Shown here: positions 37,419 to 48,000 of the stretch, piece after piece
Numbering within the stretch: the stretch's first letter is position 1
Layout: each line of letters begins with the position of its first letter
From: Podarcis liolepis
Lineage: Eukaryota
Direction: 5' to 3' (one strand)
Assembly: GCA_965112155.1 (NCBI GenBank)
Contig: OZ218102.1
Length of the DNA stretch: 64,000 nucleotides
Notes under the pieces: model-generated
What the model was told of the DNA's origin: nothing
The model's database searches: none
What the model saw: only the letters and a program-made list of their open reading frames with translations
Program-made: the position numbers and the translations under genes

Positions 37419-39617
37419 GGTAAAGGCAACAGAAACCTTGCATCTCAACCAATGAGAATGCCATGGACATTTTCTCTTCCCTTTCCCCTCCTAATTTTTG
37501 AATGCAATAGTTTAATTGATTAATAGATGAGTCAAAAATGCAGGAATATTTTTCAGGACAGTATTAATCAGAATAAAGGTGGCATGCAGGGTCTTGTCAG
37601 TTTCTTGTCAGTTTTGCCCCCTTCTGAAGATTAGATTAATATTGAAGGGGAGGGGAAAATCTAAGAGGTGTTATTTTGTGTGTGTAAGGGGTGATTTTTC
37701 CTTTAAAGATGAAGTGCCTGAGACCTTACATCCTTCATTCCTTCTTTCTCCAGAAGCCCTGCCGCCACTTTAAGTAGCAGCTTGGTTGCCCTTATCAGAG
37801 CAGTGGCATTTCAGGGGCAGAAGACCCCATGGGAATTATGATCTGCCAGGCAGAGTCATTCCAAGGGGCATTATTGGGGAGGGGGAAGAGTCTTGGGACT
37901 TTATTTTACTCCAAGAAACGCATGGAAGTTGAGTTGTTGTTGTGGAGCATGGTGGTGAGAAATATTTATCTGGGTGCCAGTGTCAACAAACACCAGGGCT
38001 TCCAGCCATACTACAGAGAGGCACCAGTGCTGACTGAGGGTTCCTCAACTCAGGCATAAATCCTGATCTTTTTGGAGGAAAGGTTTCCAAGGCATTCAAA
38101 CACACCTGAGAACTGGGGGTCAGCAGAGTTTGGAATGCAGGTTTCTGATTTCACAAAGGCACGGATGCCTCTGTAGAGGAAGTACTATGCTTCCAAACTA
38201 GTTGTGCGGGAATTCCTCTCCTCTGAAAGGAAAGGTTGTTGGTTATCCAGTCTACTCCTCCCTCTCAACTTTTCTGGGATACTTGCCCTTTTGTAGCTTA
38301 TGCTGCAGTAGAAGGCGGGCAGACCAACTCACAGAGGTGTAGGTCATATTATATAACATTGTGCGAAATAATAATGGTGTTTTAGACAGCCCTGCTGTTT
38401 TATTTTCTTTTTTTATTGATTGGTTGTTTTATTATTCTATTATTTAAATTGGTTTTAAGTGATTGCAATGCTACACTGGGAGTAATTTTCTACTGAAGGT
38501 GTGGAGTATAAATTGTACAAATAAATAAATGATAACCTTCTTGAAAGGACACTCTTGATTTTTTATTTTAAAGTTAGGTTTAATTTGCAAAACAAAAGGG
38601 TTGGGAGTTTCAGTGTGAATGCACTCCAGCCAGTCCCAAGTCCATCTGGTCAGAGTAATTGAATTTGGAAAGGAAAAGGAACAGAGAGAAAGGCCTGTTT
38701 GAAGAATCACTTTTGCCAATCTCAACAAATAACCCCCAAGTACCTGAACTTTCTTTAGCTATTTCAGCTCATCTCTTTAACTGTAAAAGGATCCAGGATT
38801 AAATGTTCATGCTCAGCAGGGGCTGGGATGGTTTGATGAGAAAAATATTTATTTTATACATCACGGTTTTGATCTTCTCCTGAGAGAAAGAAACTGATCT
38901 TGCTCTCGTAGCAGTATGTTCCCAGAGTTGCTTTACTGCCATCTCCATATTTGAGAAAGCCATAAATTTATATGAACAGTTTGCTGGGCTGTTTTATTAG
39001 CTCTTGTGCAAATTAATGCATTAAAATGCTAAGACGGTTTCAACATCAAGTGTTTAGCTTTGGCTTCCTTTTGTGAAACAGGAGTAAAATACAAATGGAA
39101 ATGAAATCTAAGCATTTATGTCTATTTAGCAAGGATAGTACCTGCCCAAACACCTTTATCCATCTTCACGTTGTCATAGGTTGAGATTGATTGTGTCTTT
39201 ATACAGAGGAGGAGAGGGCATGCCTGCTAAAAGAATGGCTTAATCTTTATTTGCCTAGAGCAGTTAACAAAAATAAGTGAAGCAAGCAGTCTCCTGTGAC
39301 TGATTTCTGCTCACTTAAGGCATTTCAACCTTGTAGAAGAGGATAATTGTTCCATTTCCCTTTTCAGGCATGGCTTTCCCTTTCAGGCACTAGAGCCAAA
39401 CAATCTTTAAGCTACTGCTGCCTGTTCTCAGACCACATACACAGTCCACAGGTGCCTCTTTGCAGATCAGATCCAAAAAATACTGGTGTGAGTGGGATTT
39501 GGGTATAAAACGCTCAAGGTCTATTTTTAGGTACCTTATAAAGGGGAAGAAATTGTTAAAATGTACCTTATCAAATTGGAACAGGAGTAGGATTTTTTGC
39601 TGCTGTTTGTAATGTGC

Positions 39618-41830
39618 ATAGAATCATAGAATCAAAGAGTTGGAAGGGACCCCAAGGGTCATCTAGTCCAACCCCCTGTAGTGCAGGAATCTTAGCTAAA
39701 GCATCCATGATAGACGGCCATACAACCTCTGCTCAAAAACCTCCAAGGAGGGACAGTCCATTCATTATGAGCTCTGGCTTGCCTGACCTCCCTGCAACTG
39801 TTGGTTACTCATGTATACTCTTCCTTCATGATTTCCTCTTCCTTCCATTTTTTATACATGCCCTTCTTGAACCTGTAAGCTCCTTATGCAGCCACTTATT
39901 ATGCTCTTATTATGTTGCTGTAATTGTCTGCATCTGTGACTTCAATATTTCACCTATAAGAAACTCCCATCCATTTTGGACTCCCTTCTCTTTAAAAATT
40001 ACTGACCATGGGATCTCACCTTTACGCTTTTCAAAATCAGCCTTCTTAAAGTCCAGAGTGCATGTCTGACTACACTCAGCTTTCCCTTGCCTCTGTATCA
40101 TGAAATGCAAGAGGACACAATCACTTCCTCCCAAGGTTTACAGTAATTCCACTCTGTGGATCAGTTCCTCCTTGTTGGTGAGGACCAAGTACAAGATAGA
40201 TGATCCCCTTGTTGCTTGTTTGGTAATCTGCTCCAGGAAGGCAACATTCAAATCTTCAGCCTGGCTTAGCGGTCTACAGCAGACACCCATAGTAAGGTCA
40301 CTGTTTGTTCCATCTCCTACAATTTTTACCTATATACTCTCAATCTGCCTTTCATGCTCCTGGTCATGGAGCTCTTCACAAGTGTACACAACCTTTACAT
40401 ACAATGCTGCTACTCCTTCCTTCCTGTTTAGTCTATTCCTTTTGAACAGGTTATACCCCTCAATTTCTACATTCCAGTCATGAGTCTTATCCTACCAGGT
40501 TTCAGCAATGCCTATTAGGTCATATTTGCCATCCTGTATTAAAGAGCTCACATTCATCTTGCTTGTTGCCCATATTCTGGGCATTAGCATAGAAACAAGT
40601 GAAACCATGACTCATTCCCTCTAGCTGCTTCCTTCTTGTAGTTTTCTGTCCTTTGGCAGGTTTCTGGAGCATCCCCTCAATTTTGTGTGCATCAATGAGG
40701 CTATTATCCCCAGTACAGATGTTTCCCTGTACTGTCTCCCTGCCTCTCAGAATTTAATTTAAAGATTTCCTGATCAGGTTTGCAAGACTCTTAGCAAACA
40801 CATTCTTGTCAACTGCTGTTGCGAGAAGTCCTTCCTCAAGGAAGCAGAGACCATGGGCTGATAAGCCAAACCTTTTGTGACACCACCTGCACAGCCAGTG
40901 ATTTACTTCCAGTATTTTCCTCTTTTCCTGGTCCATGACCTTCAACAGGAAAGAGTGGTGAGAAAGCCATGTGTGCCTCAAGGCTCTTCAGATTCCTGCC
41001 CAGAGCCTCACAGTCTGTTGTTATACATTGAAAGCTGTGTGTGGCAGTACAGTTGGACCCATGTGAATAATAATGAGGAGGTTGTGGTCAGTGGGCTTTT
41101 TAAGACTTGGCAACTTCTCTGTCACAATGTGAATCTTTGCACCTGGAGGACAGCACACCTCCTGGGACATCCTATTAGCCTCCTCTGTCCCCTACAGTAG
41201 GGAGTCACCTACCACCACCACCACCTGTGTCTTCCTCTGGGGAGTGACAGGAATCATTCTGTGCCTCTTGCCTTCCACAGCCACCTCAGGGTGTGCTGAG
41301 GTCTGCAACTGCTGCCCTTGCTCCTCTGGCCCAGAATTGATATCTGAGGTGAGGGCATGGAATCAGTTTTGCAGCTCCAATGACATAGCATGGCTTCTGT
41401 GTGTCACTTTCCTCCAGGGTTTTGTCTCCTACACTGGGTGATCTTCTCCCTCTCTAGGGGCATCCTCGCCCTGCATTGCTGTTCCAGGGCAGTCTACTCT
41501 GCTCTACTGAGAAATTCCTCATCTTGTCCAATAGCTCGAAGTGGGGATAGGTGGGCCTCAAGTTACTGTACCTTCCAACAAGTTGCTCTTCCAACAAGGC
41601 AACCAGCTTGCACTTGCTGTAGGTGAAGTTTTGCACATTCTCAAGAAGGAAGACAAACATGGCACCGGTGTTGCAAGTAACTACAGGAGGTCCCTTGCTG
41701 TCCATGTCTCTTGGTCCTATGTACACCATGAGACAGCACTCCAGGCCTTCTCCTCGAACTTCCCTGCTAAACATCCTTGCCAATGCCCCTGTTCACAAGT
41801 CTTGGTCACAAGCTCCCAGAGGCTAAATAG
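39618..41830 (-). mobile_element. Degraded CR1 LINE: ORF1 (Zn-finger/zipper and esterase), ORF2 endonuclease region and 3' tail; RT region absent
   Basis: Minus-strand peptides VVTCNTGAMF..SKCKLVALLEEQ, KNVFAKSLANLIRKSLN and GSDCVLLHF..LDFKKADFEK; (ATTCTATG)n tail at about 39618. Confidence 0.75.
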
Positions 41831-42079
41831 AGCTTCTGCTGGCAGCTAAAATTCTACTTTATTATTTCTATTGTCATCATTCCTCCTAAAGCTCAAAGCA
41901 GTTAGTTACAATTTAGCGAGGGAAAGCAATATAATGAAAAAGTACTGTTCTCTATTTGAGAACCCCTTTATGACATTCAAGTGCACATTATGAAAGCATA
42001 TTGGGTGTGGTATATGGGTTGCAGGCTCCTCCCATGGTGAAGTGTGTTCCTTTCAATGTCTGAAGTATGCAAAAGTATA

Positions 42080-42305
42080 CAGTGATACCTCAGGTTACAT
42101 ACGCTTCAGGTTACAGACTCCGCTAACCCAGAAATAGTGCTTCAGGTTAAGAACTTTGCTTCAGGATGAGAACAGAAATCATGCTCCGGCGGTGCGGCAA
42201 CAGCAGGAGGCCCCATTAGCTAAAGTGGTGCTTCAGGTTAAGAACAGTTTCAGGTTAAGTACGGACCTCCGGAACGAATTAAGTACTTAACCTGAGGTAC
42301 CAATG
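42080..42305. mobile_element. Tc1/mariner (Tigger-like) MITE
   Basis: TA TSD; CAGTGATACCTCAGGTTA / TAACCTGAGGTACCAATG TIRs. Confidence 0.8.
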
Positions 42306-42804
42306 TACGTATGTAGGAATCTCCCTGCATGATGGAGATGCCTGATTTTTCAGATCATGTGGAGAAGTCCACATGAGCATAAGACGGATGGGGGATAAAA
42401 CTGTTCACTTTTAATGTGCACCGACTGAATTTGCACTTCCCACCCAAACAAATGAACAAAGCAAAACACAGCTGTGCTTCAGAAATCACATTTCCCTGTG
42501 TTCTGTGATGCATTTCTGCAGCCCCCCAAAAAAGTGTCCCCAAAAAGTGTGCATTAGAATAAGTGCATGGGGTGGGAAATGCACATAGTGAAGATAACAT
42601 ACAAATATGCATTGTATTGGGGGAAGCTGTTTGACAAAAAAAGTGCATATTAGAAGTGTACACAAAATATGCACAACTTTTTATGCAAATTTTATGCAAT
42701 TTTTTTTTTTGGAAAAAACAGAAAAAAGATGACCAGCTAAGTTAAGGTTGCAAAATGAGAAGCTGAGAGAAACTGGAACTTATCCCTAGCACAAACAAGT
42801 AAGT

Positions 42805-42840
<36 letters not shown>

Positions 42841-43382
42841 GGTAATATAGTATATACCGGTAGTTCAGATACTGATGCAAAGCAGTACATGCTGTTATGG
42901 TCCGTGCTGCCCCCTTATGTTCATTACACCCATGCCCACTTTGAGCATCTTGAAAGGGTTGACATGTGTATATCTCAAGCATAAATTGAAATCACCTGCT
43001 TAATACTGGTTGTGAAGCCAACCCTAAGATTAAAGCTTTATAGCACTTTTGGAAAGCATGGCATCAGCATTGTTGGCAGGCATGCACTTAGGTAGCTGTC
43101 TGTAGTGCCATGCCACGTTGACAGGGCAACTGGCATGCCTGGACATTTCATGGGAAATCTAAAAAAGCAGAAGGGTGGCAAAGTCCACCATGCTCAGTTT
43201 CTGCCCAGCAAACCTTCATCTGTTTCATCCATGGCTACCTTCCTTACAGAACCGATAATTCTGCATGGTTTGGTTGAACCCATCTCATGTTACCTGGTAT
43301 GTGCCTTACAAATTCCTCCGAAACAAGGTGGGCGTTCACATACTTTCTTCTTTTATTTAGACACACACACAAACACTGTGTG

Positions 43383-43733
43383 ATGGCCTGGGATTCCGAT
43401 TCGGAGGATGAAACAGAGGAATCCCAGCCTGCACAAGAGTCCCCGCCTCCAGGGCCGGCTGAACTGGGGCAAGGCCTAGATGCTGAAGAACCTGCACCTG
43501 TGGCAGTGCATCAGGAGCTGGCCCCAGGTGAAACCCTTCTGGCCCCAGAGAGGCTTGACGACTCAGTGGCCACAGGTGAGCCTCCTCCAGGGCCCAGTAA
43601 CCCTTCGGCCTCTCCTGATCTGCAGAGGCTTAGGGCAGAGAGGCGAAGGGAACTGGTTGCCCCCAGGAGGAGTGCTCGCCTTAAGGCCAGAGGAGGCGGG
43701 GCTCCTGGGGGCCGGGACCGCCCCTGGCCTTAG
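43383..43733 (+). CDS. U3-encoded 116-aa acidic/Pro-rich then basic ORF; same sequence as the Pol C-terminal tail except one residue
   Basis: MAWDSDSEDETEE...PRRSARLKARGG...RPWP*; ATG in GTGATGG context; independent translation unproven. Confidence 0.4.
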   Translation: MAWDSDSEDETEESQPAQESPPPGPAELGQGLDAEEPAPVAVHQELAPGETLLAPERLDDSVATGEPPPGPSNPSASPDLQRLRAERRRELVAPRRSARLKARGGGAPGGRDRPWP

Positions 43734-43738
43734 AAGAG

Positions 43739-43780
43739 GACAAAAGCCCAGTCAGCCCGGCCCCAGGTTGCGGGAGCAAC
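43739..43780 (+). promoter_or_regulatory. Putative TATA-like box (GACAAAAG) and transcript 5' end/self-primer GCGGGAGCAA
   Basis: Related solo LTR at 60401 has GATAAAAG...GTGGGAGCAAC with similar spacing; GC-box-like elements upstream. Confidence 0.55.
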
Positions 43781-44002
43781 GTCATTGTTGGCTTCGGACC
43801 TCCCTGTGTTCCTGATTCCTGCTCGGCCTCCTGTTCCTGACTATCCGGTACTCCTGTTCCCGACCATCCGGTGTTCCTGTTCCCTGCACAGCCTCCTGTT
43901 CCAGCGTACCTGTTCCCCGCCCGGCTCTCTGCCTCGGACATTGCCCCTCTTCGTGTGGACTCTACTACGCCCAAGGTACCTTACCCCCGGGACCAGCACA
44001 GT

Positions 44003-44012
44003 TTGCTCCCGC
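44003..44012 (+). promoter_or_regulatory. Primer-binding site, self-priming type
   Basis: TTGCTCCCGC, 2 nt after the LTR end, is the exact reverse complement of LTR 43770-43779; no TGG tRNA-type PBS. Confidence 0.75.
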
Positions 44013-44063
44013 CACACCCGCACTCCCCCTTCATAGGGGTGCGTTCGGGAAGAGCCAGAGGCC

Positions 44064-44960
44064 ATGGCTGAACAGGCGGCTACACTGGTGGCTTTGGCCC
44101 AGGAGAACCAGGCCTTGACTCACACCGTGCAGCAGCTCAGCGACGCGGTTGTGGCACTTCAGCAACGCTTGGAAGCCCTACCGGCTCCTGGGGCCGACGC
44201 CCCGGCTCCGGGCAAGTACCCAGTGGCTTTGCCTGAGAAATTTGATGGAGCCCCGGCCAGCTTTCCCATGTTCCTGGCCCAGGCCAAGCTGTATATTCAG
44301 GGGCGAGCCCGGAACTTTCCTGACGACCGCACCAAGGTGCACTTTTTGATTAGTTTGTTAAAGGACCAGGCGGCCAAGTGGGCGTTGCCGCTACTCAGGC
44401 AAGACTCCCCCTTGCTGGCAGACTATACGGGGTTTTGCAATCATTTGGAGGCCGCGTTCGGCAACCCCCAGAAAGAGAGTCAAGCCAACCGGGCGATTCG
44501 GCGTTTGAAACAGGGCAAGTCCACGGTGGCCACATATACCACGGAGTTTCGGCTGTTGGCACACGACTTGACCTGGAATGACTCGGCACTGCGGGACCAG
44601 TATCTCGAAGGGCTTTCGGACGAGGTACTGGACCAGTTGGCCACAATGGAACGCCCCACCACGCTGGACACTCTCATTCAACGGAGTCTACAAATAGACG
44701 ACCGGTTGGAGGATCGTCGTCAGGCCCGGGGTCGCCGACACTCCCAGTTCACGGCACCAGCTTTTTCCGGCAGCCCCACGGTCACAACTGATTTAACGGA
44801 GGAGCCTATGCAGCTCGGGGCAGTGCGGCCACGCCTTTCCCCCGCAGAGAAGGCGCGGCGTCGGGAGGGAAATCTCTGTCTTTACTGTGGCGGAAGTGGA
44901 CACTTCGCTCGGTCCTGCCCTGAGAAACGCCAGCCGCAGGGAAACCGCCAACCCCAGTAG
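44064..44960 (+). CDS. gag: Gag (PEG10/RTL-like capsid and CCHC nucleocapsid), 298 aa
   Basis: N-terminal coiled coil, LPEKFDG, EEPMQLG, zinc knuckle CLYCGGSGHFARSC. Confidence 0.93.
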   Translation: MAEQAATLVALAQENQALTHTVQQLSDAVVALQQRLEALPAPGADAPAPGKYPVALPEKFDGAPASFPMFLAQAKLYIQGRARNFPDDRTKVHFLISLLKDQAAKWALPLLRQDSPLLADYTGFCNHLEAAFGNPQKESQANRAIRRLKQGKSTVATYTTEFRLLAHDLTWNDSALRDQYLEGLSDEVLDQLATMERPTTLDTLIQRSLQIDDRLEDRRQARGRRHSQFTAPAFSGSPTVTTDLTEEPMQLGAVRPRLSPAEKARRREGNLCLYCGGSGHFARSCPEKRQPQGNRQPQ

Positions 44961-45006
44961 CTGATGGCCCTAGCTACCGGGGGTCCCAAACCGTACAGAA
45001 TGGGCC
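44939..45006 (+). promoter_or_regulatory. -1 programmed ribosomal frameshift signal (G GGA AAC plus H-type pseudoknot)
   Basis: Heptamer 44939-44945 is in gag phase and the -1 frame is open into pol; stem 1 ACCCCAGTAGCT/AGCTACCGGGGGT; stem 2 GGCCC (44966-44970)/GGGCC (45002-45006). Confidence 0.8.
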
Positions 45007-48000
45007 CGCACCAATGGACTTGCAACATCTTATGGTTTCGGTACGTTTATACCCTCCAGGGGGGCCCTGGATCCTCACCCATGCTTTGGTAGATTCAGGG
45101 GCGACCCGCTCCTATATGGACGCTGCTTTTGCCACCCGTCATCAGGTGCCACTTCGGAACAAGCCAGTACCGATCCAGGTGGAAGCGATTGACGGACGAC
45201 TTCTGCGTTCAGGTGCTGTTACTCAGGAGACCCAGCCCCTGGTCCTGTGTCTCCAGCAGCACCGGGAGTTGCGAACTTTGGACATTGCTTCTATGCCCCG
45301 CTTCCCCCTGGTGCTCGGGATGGACTGGCTGGAAGCCCACAACGTTCAGATTGACTGGGTCAAACGGACCGTGCACTTCCCAGACCCATGTTCCCATGCT
45401 CAATCCGGAACGCTGGCGGCCGCGCCCTCAGAGGAGGCAGCACCCACGCTCCCAGCCGTGTACCAGGACTACCAGGACGTGTTCGAGGAACGGGGGGCAG
45501 ACCAGCTGCCGCCGCATCGGCCTTTTGACTGCGGCATAGACCTCCAACCCGGAGCGCCTTTACCAGTGAGTCGCTTATATTCCCTAACAGAGCCAGAGCG
45601 CGAGGCTTTGCAGGACTTCTTGCGCAAGAACCTGGAGCGTGGGTTCATTAGGCCTTCCACCTCGCCTACCGCGGCACCAGTGCTTTTCGTTAAGAAGAAA
45701 TGTGGGGAACTCCGCCCTTGCCATGATTACCGAGCCCTGAACAAAATTACCGTCCCAGACCGGTACCCCTTACCCCTTATCTCGGAGCTGCTGGAGCGGG
45801 TGCAAGGGGCACAGGTGTTCACCAAGCTGGACCTCCGAGGGGCCTACAACTTGATTCGGATCCGAGCCGGGGATGAGTGGAAGACAGCGTTTGGGACCCG
45901 GTACGGGCAGTTCGAATATTTGGTTATGCCTTTCGGTTTGTGCAACGCGCCTGCTGTGTTCCAACGCTACATCAACCACGTGTTTCAGGACTTGTTAGAC
46001 AAGTACGTGGTGGTGTATTTGGATGACATACTGATTTACTCCCGTGACCCGGCTCACCATGAGGGACATGTCCGGACCGTGCTGCAGCGCTTGCGTGAGC
46101 ACCGTTTGTACGCAAAGCTCATCAAGTGCGAGTTCCATCAGCGGACTGTGGACTTCCTTGGTCACCGGCTCTCTCCAGATGGGGTGCAAATGGACCCGGG
46201 GAAGGTGACAGCGGTTCGAGAATGGGCGGCACCCCGGAACCGCAAGGACCTACAGCGTTTCCTGGGGTTCGCCAATTACTACCGGACCTTCATCGCTGAT
46301 TATGCTCATCGCACCACCCCGTTGACCCGGCTACTGCGCCCAAAGACGCCGTTTTCCTGGGACAAGGAGGCAGAGGAGGCGTTTCAGGGGTTGAAGGCCT
46401 GTTTCCAGAGGGCACCAATCTTACAACATCCTGACCCCTCTCGACCTTTTGTGGTGGAGACCGACGCCTCCAGTACGGCTCTCGGTGCCGTCTTGTCTCA
46501 ACAGATTGGGCCTGAAGCGCCACTCTTACCCTGTGCCTTCTATTCCCGCCAGCTCCTACCAGCGGAGCGTAACTATACTGTGTGGGAGCGGGAACTACTG
46601 GCCATCAAGGTAGCCTTTGAGGTCTGGCGCCACCATCTTGAGGGGGCACGACATCCGGTGGAGGTGAGAACCGACCACCGGAACCTGGAGTACCTCCAGA
46701 CCACCCGCAAGCTGAACCAAAGACAGATCCGGTGGGCGTTGTTCTTTTCCCGGTTCCAGTTCCGGATCCGCTACATCCCTAGCTCTCAGAATCAGAAGGC
46801 GGATGCCCTGTCCCGGAAACCTGAAGACAACGCAGACACGGTACAGCAAGCAGAACCCACCACGATCCTACCTCCGGCTGCATTCCTGGCCACCCAGGAG
46901 GCGCAGCCACTGCAGGTTCGGGTGCGGGAACAGCAGCGGGTCGACGCTTGGGCCCAGGATCGGCTCCGGGAGCTGGCTGAAGGGTCCAGCCCACAGTATC
47001 CGGGACTGGTCCTGCATCAGGGCCTTCTGCTGCATCACGGTCGTCTGTACATCCCGCCAGGGCCACTACGGCTGGAGGTTCTCCGGATGGCCCATGATGC
47101 CCCAGCAGCGGGGCACTTTGGACGGTATCGGACCACCCATCTGGTCAGTCGAGAGTTTTGGTGGCCCCGCCTGAAGGCTGACGTGGCTCGCTACGTTGCT
47201 GGTTGTGATGTCTGCCGGCGCGCCAAGGGACCTACCGGGCGACCCCCCGGCCTACTTCAGCCATTGCCAGTTCCACCGCGTCCTTGGCACACGGTTTCAT
47301 TGGACTTTATAGTGGACTTACCCTCGTCTCGTGGCTGTACCTGCCTTCTGGTTTTCTCCGACCATTTCACCAAGATGGTGCACTGCGCTCCCTGTCCATC
47401 TGTACCCACAGCCAAGGAAACTGCTCAGCTGTACCTTCAGCATGTCTTCCGCTTGCATGGCCTACCTGAGCGTGTGGTGTCCGACCGGGGCGTTCAGTTC
47501 ACATCCCGGTTCTGGCGAGCATTACACCAGACCCTCGGGACAGAGGTCTGCCTCTCGTCAGCCTACCACCCACAGACCGATGGCCAGACGGAACGGGCGA
47601 ACGCGGTGCTGGAGCAGTACCTCCGGTGTTACTGCAGTTACCAGCAGGATGACTGGGTCGACCACCTGGCATTGGCAGAGTTCGCCTATAACAACGCGGT
47701 GAATGCGTCCACCCAGCAGACCCCGTTCCAGGCCAGTTATGGTTATCATCCACGGCTGTTTCCAGAGGTGCTGCCGGCGTCCGCAGTCCCGGCGGTGACG
47801 GAGTGGCTTCAAGAGCTCCAGTCCCAGCAACAGCTTTTGGTGGAGCAACTGCACCAGGCCAAGGAAGCGTACAAAGCCCAGGCCGACCGCCACCGCCAGG
47901 TGGGGCCGGAACTTCGCGTTGGTGACCTGGTTTGGCTCTCCACTCGCCACCTCCACCCCTCTCGACCTTCGCGGAAGTTGGACGCCCGCTTCACCGGCCC

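Larger units (their letters stand above)
43379..44000 (+). repeat. 5' LTR
   Basis: TGTGATGG...CCAGCACA; 620/622 identical to the 3' LTR by manual comparison. Confidence 0.95.

Noticed and set aside
43287-43382. N-terminal extension of the 148-aa LTR ORF in the ORF track
   Set aside because: Lies almost entirely in flanking host DNA outside the TSD-defined element and has a non-ATG start
45014-45016. ATG as an independent pol start
   Set aside because: The frame is open upstream to the slippery site; Gag-Pol frameshifting explains it better
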